Below are positions 34,718 to 44,835 of a stretch of DNA of 64,000 bases, piece by piece; position 1 is the first letter of the stretch; each line of letters opens with the position of its first letter. The translations under genes were made by a program, and so were the position numbers. The stretch comes from Azolla caroliniana (Eukaryota; Plantae; Polypodiophyta): positions 22,072,001 through 22,136,000 of the forward strand of contig JBHGNT010000007.1 in the NCBI GenBank assembly GCA_043228905.1, given 5' to 3'. The notes beneath the pieces are model-generated. The model made no database searches, had not been told where the DNA came from, and worked only from the letters and a program-made list of their open reading frames with translations.

Positions 34718-36712
34718 TTATTCCTCTCCAATTATCCAGTATGGGCCGGTCCAGCGGAATCGTAACTTCCCTGGCATATGGCCCATGCGGGTTTGGAAAA
34801 CCAGCACTGCTCGGCCGACAGCGAACTCCTTTTCCCTTGCGTTCTGATGTCGATCCACAAATGCTTTACGCCGTCGTTGTTCCTGCTCCAACACAGCCAT
34901 GTTGTGTACGCGTTGTTCCCCGAGTTCGAATAGCTGGTGGAGCCGTAGCTCCTCCAACTTCGCTTCCGAAAGTTGGTCCCGTACCTGAATCCGCAAACTG
35001 GGTATCTAAAATCCAACTGGCATCATAGCCTCCAGCCCAAACGCTAGTCGAAACGGTGTGGACTATATGCTTGTTTTGTAGCTGGTTCTGTACGCCCATA
35101 ACGCACTCTGTAATTTGGTATCCCAGTCCGTTCTATTTTCATTGACGATTTTCTTCAAGATGGTCTGCAACGTCTTGTTGGTGGATTCCGCTAACCCATT
35201 CGCCTGTGGATAATATGGCGTACTCTTCTTGTGGACTACGGCGTAATGATGTGTTAGTTCCCGAACCACCGTATTGAGAAAGTGACTCCCCTAGTCACTG
35301 ATGAGCTCAATCGGATAGCCGAACCGGCACCAGATGTGCTCGTAAAGGAATCTGGCTGTGACGGTCGTCGTATTTTCTCGTAGTGCCTTTGCTTCTACCC
35401 ACTTGGTGCAATAATCCATAGCTACCAATATGTATTTATTGCCTATATGGGCTGCCGCCGGTGTGAAGGGGCCCACAAAATCCAATCCCCACTTTTGGAA
35501 GGGGTTTAGTGGTAATACGGGCTAGTGTGGCATCCTTGCGCCCTCCGTGGGTTGGCCCATCCATTGACACAAATCACACTTTCTACAATACTCGGATGCG
35601 TCCTTCTGCGTTGTTGGCCACCATAAGCCCGCCTGCCATATTTTCCGGGTTGTAACGTCGCCCATGTAATGGCCGCCTATCGTGCCGCAGTGCCCCTCCC
35701 GTAAAACTACTTCTTTCTCATCCTAACGTACCCCACGTCGCCAGATGTCGTCACTTCCTTTGTGATATAAAACTCCTTCTACGAGGCAGAAGTTACGGCT
35801 TCGGACGACTAGTCGTTTCTTCTCGTCTGTGCGTAATTGTGGTGGAGGCAGTCCCGTAGTCAAAAAGTATGTCATTTCCATAAGCCACCGGTCCGGAAAG
35901 GTTGATTCCGTTCTGTTTGCTAGTGCTGCTACCCGCAAGATGTCGGCGTCCGGAAAATCGTCGTCATCTTTCTGTACTATTTCTCCATTCCCGAGTCTGC
36001 TCAAAAAATTTGCCACTGCGTGTTGCGTCCCTGGTCGGTGCTGGATTACAAAATCGAATTCTTGGAGCAGCATCATCCATCACACCAATTTCCCCGTCAG
36101 GACTTGTTTCTCCACCAAATACAGCAGCGCGGAATGATCCACGTGGAACGTGAACTTCCTTCCTAGTAAATAGTGCCGGAATTTATTGATGTTATAGATC
36201 ATCCCTAGCGCCTCCCGCTCCATTGTGGAATAATTACACTCTGTTGTTGACAATTTGCAACTGGTGTAGTACACTGGCCGGTACCAGTTTGGTTCGGTGA
36301 GCTGCATTAGCGCACTCCCTATTGCTATGTCTGAGGCGTCGACGAACACGTGGAATGGCTTCGCCCAAACTAGTGGTTGTACGACAGGGGCCTGTGTGAG
36401 CATTATCTTAAGTGCTTCATAGGCCTTGTCCTCCGTTGCGGTCCATTGGAAGGGAGTCCGATGTACGACAGCATGTAACGACGTGGCGAAGTCCGCCAAA
36501 TATCGTATCATCCAACTATGCCACCGTATTTGTCCTAAAAACCGGCCAAGTGATTTCGTGTTTCTTGGAGTTTTGGCTTGCGTAATCGCGGAGATCTTGT
36601 TCGAATCGACCGCTATTCCGTCCTTGTTGACTATGTGGCCCAGGAGAGTTCCGCTAGTCACGCCGAAAGCACATTTCGCGGGATTTCGGCTTAAGCATGT
36701 GGCGGACAACAT
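34718..36712 (-). pseudogene. pol: pol 3' half (RT end, RNaseH, integrase) of element 4
   Basis: NPAKCAFG, VDASDIAIG, DFVGPF, YPQANG, WTGPY; several stops/frameshifts. Confidence 0.9.
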
Positions 36713-37236
36713 CTCTGGCAGTCTGATAGATCACCGGTTCAACCCTAGCTGCACCTTGATTCAAGGAATTGGTGGGTGCCTTCTACTGAATGGAGTCCAG
36801 ATTTCAGGTATATGAATCTATGGTGGTGTGGGAAACGAGATAATCATTCCACAAGACGTCTTGTACATGAATCAATGGTGATTTCGACGTGATATTTTTT
36901 TAATGACCGGGTGTATATCTCAGTGGTAGAGGATTCGGTTGTAATACTATAGGTCATCGGTTCAACCCCGCCTGCCTCCTCATTCAAGGAGATCTATGAA
37001 ACCACATAATAATTAGTGTGGACTTCATCTATATGAATCAGTGGAGGTTTGCCACGTAATGTGTCTTTTGTGTGCGGGTGTAAAGTTCAGTGCTACTACA
37101 GTCTGATAGGTCACTAGTTTAACATCGGTTGAGCCCTAATTCTCAGAGGTGAGTTGCCTTTCGAAATGAAGTCTAGATTTCATGTACATGAATTGATGGA
37201 AGTGACCGAAATTTCATAAAAATTCGATTAGATATC
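36712..37236 (+). repeat. tRNA-Cys-derived array, continued
   Basis: 3' half of the A copy, B at ~36909, C at ~37076. The spacer resumes briefly at 39321-39350 (TAGTAGATGAATGAATGGTGGATTG). Confidence 0.88.
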
Positions 37237-39025
37237 AATCCGCATAAAGTATGCATGGGGTATTGCTCCATTTGTGCAGAAGTTTGGCTAAAGATCCAAA
37301 GACATCAATGGAAAAGGATATGAGTAAGAATTTACTACATGAGCATCGTTAGGCACAATCGTTAGAATGAAAGAAGGCGATGCATCATAGAGAGAAGTGT
37401 TTGAAGAGGCCCGAACAATACATGTGCTTAATGATAGATGACATGGACAAGAAGTAGACGTGCTTGCCACATATGCGGAGGCTCCCCAAAGATGTCAATG
37501 ATAAGTGCCTTGTTCAAATGCACTTGGTGGGATGCTTGGCTTATAATAGGTCTGTTAGACCTCATGTCTTCATTACATACCCCAATGTTCACAATGACCC
37601 TAACCTAATAGTTACAATGATTCACCGAGTTTTGATGTCTTGGGGCCAACCGTTCTCCCCTATTCTATATATTCAATTGGACAATAGTGCTAGAGAGAAC
37701 AAGAATTCAATTGTGGTTGGCTATCTAAGTATGTTGGTCAACCAAGGATTGCTTAAAAAAGTGAAAGTCAATTTTCTTTTGGTTGGGCACACATGATCAT
37801 ATAGATCAGATGTTTAGCACATTCTCTAGACAGTTGTCTCGGCATGATGCTTTCACATTACCAAAACTATTTGATGTCATTTGTGATGCATATACACCAC
37901 GCCCAAAAGTGTTACACTTGAAGGAGGTATATGACTTTAAGAGATATATATCAGATGGGGGTGTTGGGAATGTTAAAGTGCTCGCCCAGTTAAACAATAT
38001 AAGCTTCAATCACATTTTTATGATAAAGAAAAATGAAATAAGTGGTTCTACGCTTTTGTATGCCAAACAATATTCATCTTCTACAAAATGGTTGCCAATT
38101 CTTACTTTGTATGCTGAGTACAATTGTCCATGGAGCTAAATAAATGCCAATTGAGAAGAAAGGACAGTTGCATAGTGACTTGGTATCGGAACAAAAACAA
38201 TTATGGCTCCAAGCCTTAGAAGGAAAAAGAAAGCATATTGAGGCCGCAAAGAAATATGCCGCACAACAAGACATGTCATGCTGGGATGTATTTTTTAGTG
38301 ATAAAAAAGGAATTATAGACAATTGTGTATTTGGTGATAATTGGGATTTGGAAACGCCATTCACATGATCGCTAGAACATGATCGTGTAAATAAAACTCT
38401 GGAGCAACCAGCAAATGCGATTAATGACAGTTTGTTCCATCCACAACAAAGAGACATTTATGTGGGACCGAGGACCAAAGCAGCCGAAGCTAGATCGCAA
38501 GGCAATTTGCAAGAGATCACGGTGGGGATGTTGATTGCAATCCCTACTGATGAGAACTCACATGGCCACCAATTTTGGGTTGGTATAATTCTAGAAGTGC
38601 TAATGCATGAAATAGAAAACACGATCAAGTCTATAAAAGGTCATTGGTACAATATTAGAAGTGCAAATGCTTTTACGCATAAGTATACATTGGAGATGTA
38701 TGAATGCCCAACGACAGGGAGAGGTAGGAAGAGGAAGCGAAACATTCGTAACACCTCGACCCTTGATATCTCTAATGTGGATATCATCATGCACGACTTC
38801 ACGCTTACAAAAGCCGGACGGTTAAGGAAGTCAATAGTAGATATAATAAAAGAAAAATTACCAAGTCTACAAGGTGGCTCGAGTCGAAGGCAAACGAGAT
38901 CTACTACATATAATCTAGAGTCAAACCATTTGGTTTATGACGAAGATAATGCATTGATTGGTACATCCGAGGATGAGGAGGGGGAATCGTCATTGTATAT
39001 TAGTCATAGTAGTGATTCTCCGTAA
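37237..39025 (+). pseudogene. Sola-like / DUF7869-type DDD transposase relic, 5'-truncated
   Basis: Fragments read CSIC..., MIDDMDKK*TCLPH, LYIQLDNSARENKN, FLLVGHT/HDHIDQMFS, then a FWVG...HWY domain. Flanked by array spacer on both sides. Confidence 0.65.
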
Positions 39026-40057
39026 AGGAGTGATCATGAATGTAATTTTGGCTATTAAGTGTAACTACATTACGCTTGTAACAAATCAAGTAATATAAAA
39101 GCATGTGTGATTTCTATGAAAATCGTTTCTTATAAAATAACATTGGTTGTAAAGTTTGTGATATAAATTGAGAATGTAACTTTTTGAAATTCTGCTTTTT
39201 CTATTTATTTCTAAATCACGAAAATAGTGGATTTTTAACCTTTTTCATAGTATATTTGAGAATGTATGATACTGGTATCAATGTGCGCACGCCTTCCACT
39301 TGTGAATGCGAACGTATTTCTAGTAGATGAATGAATGGTGGATTGTGAAATATTGTGCATTGTCAGGATTCGGTTCTCGCATTGAAGTCTCCTACAAGGA
39401 ATACTTCTCCTTGGGAAGAATATCGGATTATGTCATCCGATAGAGGTTCGTATGGGGAAGGCCCATGTGGCATTCCTTCATCGACTAATCTCACCGAGCC
39501 AGCAATATTATAACGGGATCCTTTTGGGGGAAAGTAACAAATGGCAAAAAATACTGCCTAGTCCTTGCTTGTGGAGACTTTCACCCGCATAAAACGAGCT
39601 TCTGGGTCTGTCCTCAGTATTTCTATCGTATTATTTAGCTCTCTACGAAACAATATCACGACACCTCCAGATCCCCTAGTAGTGTGTCGACGTGAGGTTT
39701 GTCTAAAAGCGAACTCCCAACGGAATCAAAGGAAGACATCCACAGCTGCAAGTGGTTAAGTGCCATGCAAGAGGAGATGGATTCATTGCATGAGAACCAC
39801 ACATTCGAACTGCGTAGTTGCCGAAAGGAAAGAGGGCACTCCGGAACATGTGGATGTACAAGTTGAAACCGGAGGACGCCAGAAATCCACCGAGGTACAA
39901 GGCCCGGATCGTGGTGAAAGGTTTCCAGCTGAAGAAAGGTGTGGATTTCGATGAGATCTTTGCCCCAGTAGTAAAGATTGTTGGGATTTTCGGTCCCTCC
40001 GGATGGGATGTCCGGAGATGAATGACGGCAAGCCCGGTTGCGGTTACGGAACCGGAG

Positions 40058-40268
40058 GATGAAGAGTACCCCGCATGAAGCCGGATGAAGAGTACCCGGC
40101 TACGGAGTCGGATGATGAAGACTCTGGCTACGGAGCCGGATGATGAAGAGTACCCGACTACGGAGTCGGATGATGAAGACCCCGACTACGGAGCCGGATG
40201 ATGAAGACCCGGCTACGGAGCCGGATGATGAAGACCCCGGCTACGGAGCCGGATGACGAATGTACCCG
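40058..40268 (+). repeat. U3 tandem repeats (~8 x 26-30 bp) in the Copia LTR; also 44925-45135
   Basis: Unit GATGATGAAGACCCCGGCTACGGAGCCG. Confidence 0.9.
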
Positions 40269-40761
40269 GAGAGAGATCCGGATGCGGGGACATATTGGTG
40301 AATATGTTTTGCCAAGGGCCCTGGTGGCTATATTTGTAAATAGCCCTAAAGTCATATGTGTATAAATATGACTTAGAGCAAACAGTTTTATGTTGTTGCT
40401 CATTTTTCTGTTTTCCACTGAGAGAGAGTGAAGAGAGCAGCCGAGAGAGAGAGAGAGAGAGCGAGAGACGAGGAGGTCGTTGCCTCTGTGTATTACTGCC
40501 GCCTGTGGCGAAGACAGTGAGCTCAAGGTTGTTGCCTTGAAGCTTCACCATTGTACATCTCTGTTCATAGTGATAGTTGGAGTTTGAGGACTCCCGTGGT
40601 TTTTCCCATTTAGGGTTTTCACGTAAAATATCCTGTGTACTCTTCTCTCTACTGAGCGGTGCATTTTGTATTTCCTGTTTTCTGCGAGCTAATCATATTC
40701 CTCGGTCGTGGCCGAGCACGTTGTTCAACAAAGTGGTATCAGAGCGACGGCAGTGCAGAAA

Positions 40762-43700
40762 ATGGAAGGCGGCAGCAGCGGGCAGCCGGGGATGATGGTG
40801 CTGAATGCGCAGAACTACGCCGACTGGAAGATCAAGATGGAGGATCTTCTGATTGTTCGGGACCTGTACGAACCGATTGACAGGTCGGAAATACCGAAGG
40901 GGGTACTTGAGACGGAATGGAGGCTTCTGAACCGGAAAGCCGTTGCAACCATTCGGCAATACGTCGACGTGAGCGTTCTACAACATGTGGCGAACGACAC
41001 CAACGCATATGAGATGTGGCGGAAGCTGTCGGGCCTCTACGAGAGGAAGAATGCGTTGAACCGGACCTCCCTGATGAGGAAGATAGTGAACCTCAAGTAC
41101 CGGGACGGCGAGAGTATGGTGGAACACGTAAGCACGTTCATGGGATTCGGGAACCAGCTTGCGGCGATCAAGTTCCCGTTGGAGGATGCAATGCAAGCCA
41201 TCATTCTGATGTGTACATTGCCGGAAAGCTGGGAGAACTTGGTGGTGACTCTCAGCACCTCCTGCACGGAAGATAACTTGTCCCTACAAACGGTAAAGAC
41301 AAGTATTTTGAACGAAGAAGCGCGTCGGAGAGATAAAGAACCGGCCTCCGACTCGAAGGCGCTGCTTACCGAATCGGAACGGGGAAGACAATGGAACCGG
41401 AGTCCGCAAAGACGGGAGAAGTCGGGGACCCGGTCGCAGTCAAGAGGAAGACCCACATGCTTCCACTGTGGGAAGCCGGGGCACTTCCGGAAGAATTGTC
41501 GGCATTACCGAAAAGACAACGGAGCCGACGACACCGATTCGAAGAAGTCACCGGAGCGAAACGGTGCATACCGGGGAGCCACGGACCGGAGAGGTCCGGA
41601 TCGGCGAGGGCAGGACCGGAAAGGAACGACGGCACTCGCGGCAAGTGAAGAAGAGATAATGCTCATTACCGAAGAGAGGGAGCTGAACCTTGCCGGTGAA
41701 GAGATGACCTGGGTGGTCGATTCCGGAGCGTCGTTCCACCTGACCCCGGAGAAGAAATACTTCTCATCCTACACAGCCGGTGAGCACGGCTGTGTCCGGA
41801 TGGGAAATGAAGGTACATGCCGGATTGCCGGCATAGGAGACGTGTGGCTGATGACATCAACCGGATGCAAGATGCTGCTGAAGGATGTTCGACACGTTCC
41901 GGAGGTTCGATTGAACCTGATTTCGGCCGGGAGGCTAGACGATGAAGGCTACACGGGTAGCATCCGGAACGGTGTCATGAAGTTCAGCAAAGGGAGCCTG
42001 ATAGTGGCTCGGGCCCGGAAAGTCAACACACTGTACCTGATGAATTCCCGGCTATGTCCGGAGGAGCTGAACGTGGCAGCTGACACTGCCGGTGAGCTGT
42101 GGCACAAGAGACTGTGCCACATGAGTGAGAAGGGGATGAAGAGGCTTGCAGAAGACAACCTTATCCCAGTGAAGCATGTGCATCTGGAGAAGTGCACCGA
42201 TTGCCTGGCCGGTAAGCAGAACCGAGCCTCCTTCCACTCAAGGCCACCGACGAGACGTAGCGCACCATTGGAGTTGGTGCACACTGATGTGTGTCAGGTA
42301 GAAACGAAGTCACATGGCGGAGCCCAGTACTTCGTAACATTCATAGATGATCACAGCCGGAAGCTGTGGACGGCACCGTTGAAGACAAAGGACCAAGTAT
42401 TGTCCGTCTTCAAAGAACTCCACGCGAGAGTGGAAAGGGAATCCGGCAAGGAGCTGAAAGCGATACGAGCGGATAACGGAGGGGAATACCGGGGGCAGTT
42501 CGAGGAGTACTGTCGCTCAAAGGGAATCCGGCTCGAGTTTACTGTGCCGAAGATGCCGGAACTGAACGGGCTGGCCGAGAGGATGAACCGGACCATAATG
42601 GAGAGGGTCCGGAGTATGCTGGCGCATGCGAAATTACCCAAGGGGTTTTGGGCTGAGGCAATGTCGACGGCGACATACGTGATAAACAGATCACCCTCAG
42701 TACCTTTGGACGGAGACACGCCGCAGAGAGTGTGGACCGGTAGGGAAGTATCCTACCGGCATCTGAAGGTGTTCGGGTGTCTCGCATATGTGCATGTGGC
42801 AAAGGACCGGAGAGGAAAGCTAGATCCAAAGACCCGGCCATGCATATTCCTCGGTTACGGCAACGACGAGTTCGGCTACCGAGTATGGGACCCGGTCGAC
42901 AAGAAGATATTCAGGAGTCGTGATATCATCTTCATGGAGGACAAGACACTCGCCGACTGGGAGTCGGAGAAGAAGATGAAGAGCTCAAAGTCGACCGGTG
43001 AGAATCAACTCTACGAAGAGCAGTCCCGACCGGCAAGGGACCGGTTAGCACTCGAGGATCCGGCCGAAGACGGTGAAGAAACAGAACCGGCCGAGGAAGA
43101 TGAAACTGATACCAGAACCGGCCCCGATCCCGAAATGGATTCGGATGAAGAGGAAACGGAGGAGCCGGTTACCGAAGCTCCGGAACGGAGATATCCTCTA
43201 AGAGAGAGAAGGGCCCCCCGGAGATTTCCGGAACCAGAGCACGTCTTGCTAACCGACGAGGGGGAGCCGGAGAGTTTTGAAGAAGCAGAGCTTGACACAC
43301 ATAGCCGCAGGTGGTTAAGTGCCATGCAGGAGGAGATGGATTCCCTGCATGAGAACCACACATATGAACTTGTGGAGTTGCCGAAAGGAAAGCGGGCACT
43401 TCGAAACAAGTGGGTGTTCAAGCTGAAACCGGGAGATGCCGGAAACCCCCCGAGATACAAAGCCAGGATCGTGGTGAAGGGGTTCCAGCAGAAGAAGGGC
43501 GTCGACTTCGACGAGATATTTGCCCCGGTAGTGAAGATGACCTCCATCCGGACGGTGCTGAGCATAGCGGCAAGCATGGACCTCGAGGTAGAACAGATGG
43601 ACGTGAAGACGGCATTCCTTCACGGTGACCTCGAAGAAGAGATCTACATGCAGCAACCGGAAGGATTCGAGAAGAAAGGAAAGGAGCACCTGGTATGCCG

Positions 43701-44835
43701 GTTGAAGAAGAGCCTCTACGGTCTGAAGCAGGCTCCCCGGCAATGGTACCGGAAGTTCGACTCCTTCATGACAGACGAAGGGTACCACAAAACGCAGACC
43801 AATCACTGCGTGTTTGTGAAGAAGTTCGAAGGAGGAGACTTTCTAATACTCCTCCTGTACGTGGACGACATGTTGATCGTCGGACGAGACCAGGTCAAGA
43901 TACGGATGCTGAAGAAGGCTCTTCACCGAACCTTCTCAATGAAGGACCTGGGTCCGGCGAGGCAAATACTAGGGATGCACATCATCCGGGACCGGAAGAA
44001 GAAGCAGTTGTGGTTGTCACAGGAGAAGTACGTGACAAAGGTGCTTCACCGGTTCAACATGTCGGAAGCAAGACCGGTCGGGTCAACACTCCCGGCAAAC
44101 TGCAAGCTGTCCAGGAAGCAAAGCCCCAAGACAAAGGCTGAGAAGGAGGACATGATGAAAGTACCATATGCCTCTGCCGTCGGGAGCTTGATGTACGCAA
44201 TGGTGTGTACCCGACCGGACATAGGATATGCAGTCGGAGTGGTGAGCCGGTACATGAGCAATCCCGGCAAAGAGCATTGGAACGCGGTCAAATGGATACT
44301 CCGATACCTGAAGGGCACGACAAACGTGTGCCTCCGATTCGGCTCCGGTAAGCCCGAACTCGACGGTTTCACCGATTCGGATATGTCGGCTGATGCAGAT
44401 ACCAGCCGGTCCACATCAGGGTATGTGATGACGTATGCAGGGGGAGCTGTTTCATGGCAGTCGAGGCTGCAGAAGACGGTTGCGTTGTCAACCACGGAGG
44501 CGGAGTACATGGCGGCTGTTGAAGCCGGCAAGGAAATAATATGGATGAAGGAATTCATTAGAGAGCTCGGTATCCGGCAGGAGGAGTACCGGCTCTACTG
44601 CGATAGTCAGAGTGCCATCCACCTTGCGAAGAACGCGGCCTACCATTCCCGGACGAAACACATCCAGCGTAGATACCACTGGATCCGGGAAAGGATAGAA
44701 GACAAGGAGTTCGTGCTGACGAAGATCCACACAGACGAGAACGGGTCGGATATGCTGACCAAGGTGCTCACACCCGACAAGCTGGAAGCATGCCGGAAGA
44801 GGATCGGATTGGAGAGACATCCCATGCCGAAGTGA
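40762..44835 (+). CDS. gag-pol: Copia gag-pol polyprotein (Gag-PR-INT-RT-RNaseH)
   Basis: Uninterrupted ORF; first ATG after the PBS at 40762. CFHCGKPGHFRKNC, VDSGAS, WHKRLCH, RADNGGEY, YVDD, TDSD, TKHI. Confidence 0.95.
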   Translation: MEGGSSGQPGMMVLNAQNYADWKIKMEDLLIVRDLYEPIDRSEIPKGVLETEWRLLNRKAVATIRQYVDVSVLQHVANDTNAYEMWRKLSGLYERKNALNRTSLMRKIVNLKYRDGESMVEHVSTFMGFGNQLAAIKFPLEDAMQAIILMCTLPESWENLVVTLSTSCTEDNLSLQTVKTSILNEEARRRDKEPASDSKALLTESERGRQWNRSPQRREKSGTRSQSRGRPTCFHCGKPGHFRKNCRHYRKDNGADDTDSKKSPERNGAYRGATDRRGPDRRGQDRKGTTALAASEEEIMLITEERELNLAGEEMTWVVDSGASFHLTPEKKYFSSYTAGEHGCVRMGNEGTCRIAGIGDVWLMTSTGCKMLLKDVRHVPEVRLNLISAGRLDDEGYTGSIRNGVMKFSKGSLIVARARKVNTLYLMNSRLCPEELNVAADTAGELWHKRLCHMSEKGMKRLAEDNLIPVKHVHLEKCTDCLAGKQNRASFHSRPPTRRSAPLELVHTDVCQVETKSHGGAQYFVTFIDDHSRKLWTAPLKTKDQVLSVFKELHARVERESGKELKAIRADNGGEYRGQFEEYCRSKGIRLEFTVPKMPELNGLAERMNRTIMERVRSMLAHAKLPKGFWAEAMSTATYVINRSPSVPLDGDTPQRVWTGREVSYRHLKVFGCLAYVHVAKDRRGKLDPKTRPCIFLGYGNDEFGYRVWDPVDKKIFRSRDIIFMEDKTLADWESEKKMKSSKSTGENQLYEEQSRPARDRLALEDPAEDGEETEPAEEDETDTRTGPDPEMDSDEEETEEPVTEAPERRYPLRERRAPRRFPEPEHVLLTDEGEPESFEEAELDTHSRRWLSAMQEEMDSLHENHTYELVELPKGKRALRNKWVFKLKPGDAGNPPRYKARIVVKGFQQKKGVDFDEIFAPVVKMTSIRTVLSIAASMDLEVEQMDVKTAFLHGDLEEEIYMQQPEGFEKKGKEHLVCRLKKSLYGLKQAPRQWYRKFDSFMTDEGYHKTQTNHCVFVKKFEGGDFLILLLYVDDMLIVGRDQVKIRMLKKALHRTFSMKDLGPARQILGMHIIRDRKKKQLWLSQEKYVTKVLHRFNMSEARPVGSTLPANCKLSRKQSPKTKAEKEDMMKVPYASAVGSLMYAMVCTRPDIGYAVGVVSRYMSNPGKEHWNAVKWILRYLKGTTNVCLRFGSGKPELDGFTDSDMSADADTSRSTSGYVMTYAGGAVSWQSRLQKTVALSTTEAEYMAAVEAGKEIIWMKEFIRELGIRQEEYRLYCDSQSAIHLAKNAAYHSRTKHIQRRYHWIRERIEDKEFVLTKIHTDENGSDMLTKVLTPDKLEACRKRIGLERHPMPK

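Larger units (their letters stand above)
20845..36711 (-). mobile_element. Athila/Tat-like Gypsy (element 4); gag, PR, most of RT and nearly all of the 5' LTR deleted; hosts nested elements
   Basis: LTR 20845-21283 ends GGCGAACAACA and the right end 36701-36711 reads GGCGGACAACA. TSD TCTCC/TCTCT; the flanks rejoin into one tRNA-like unit. RT-end/RNaseH 36080-36712 and integrase 34718-36076 are homologous to element 2. Confidence 0.85.

Noticed and set aside
39351-39730. LTR fragment beginning TGTCAGG
   Set aside because: No partner LTR, PBS or TSD visible; cannot be assigned.
40158-40551. Small ORFs repeated at 45025-45418 and other antisense ORFs across the window
   Set aside because: Shadow frames of LTR repeats and retroelement coding strands.
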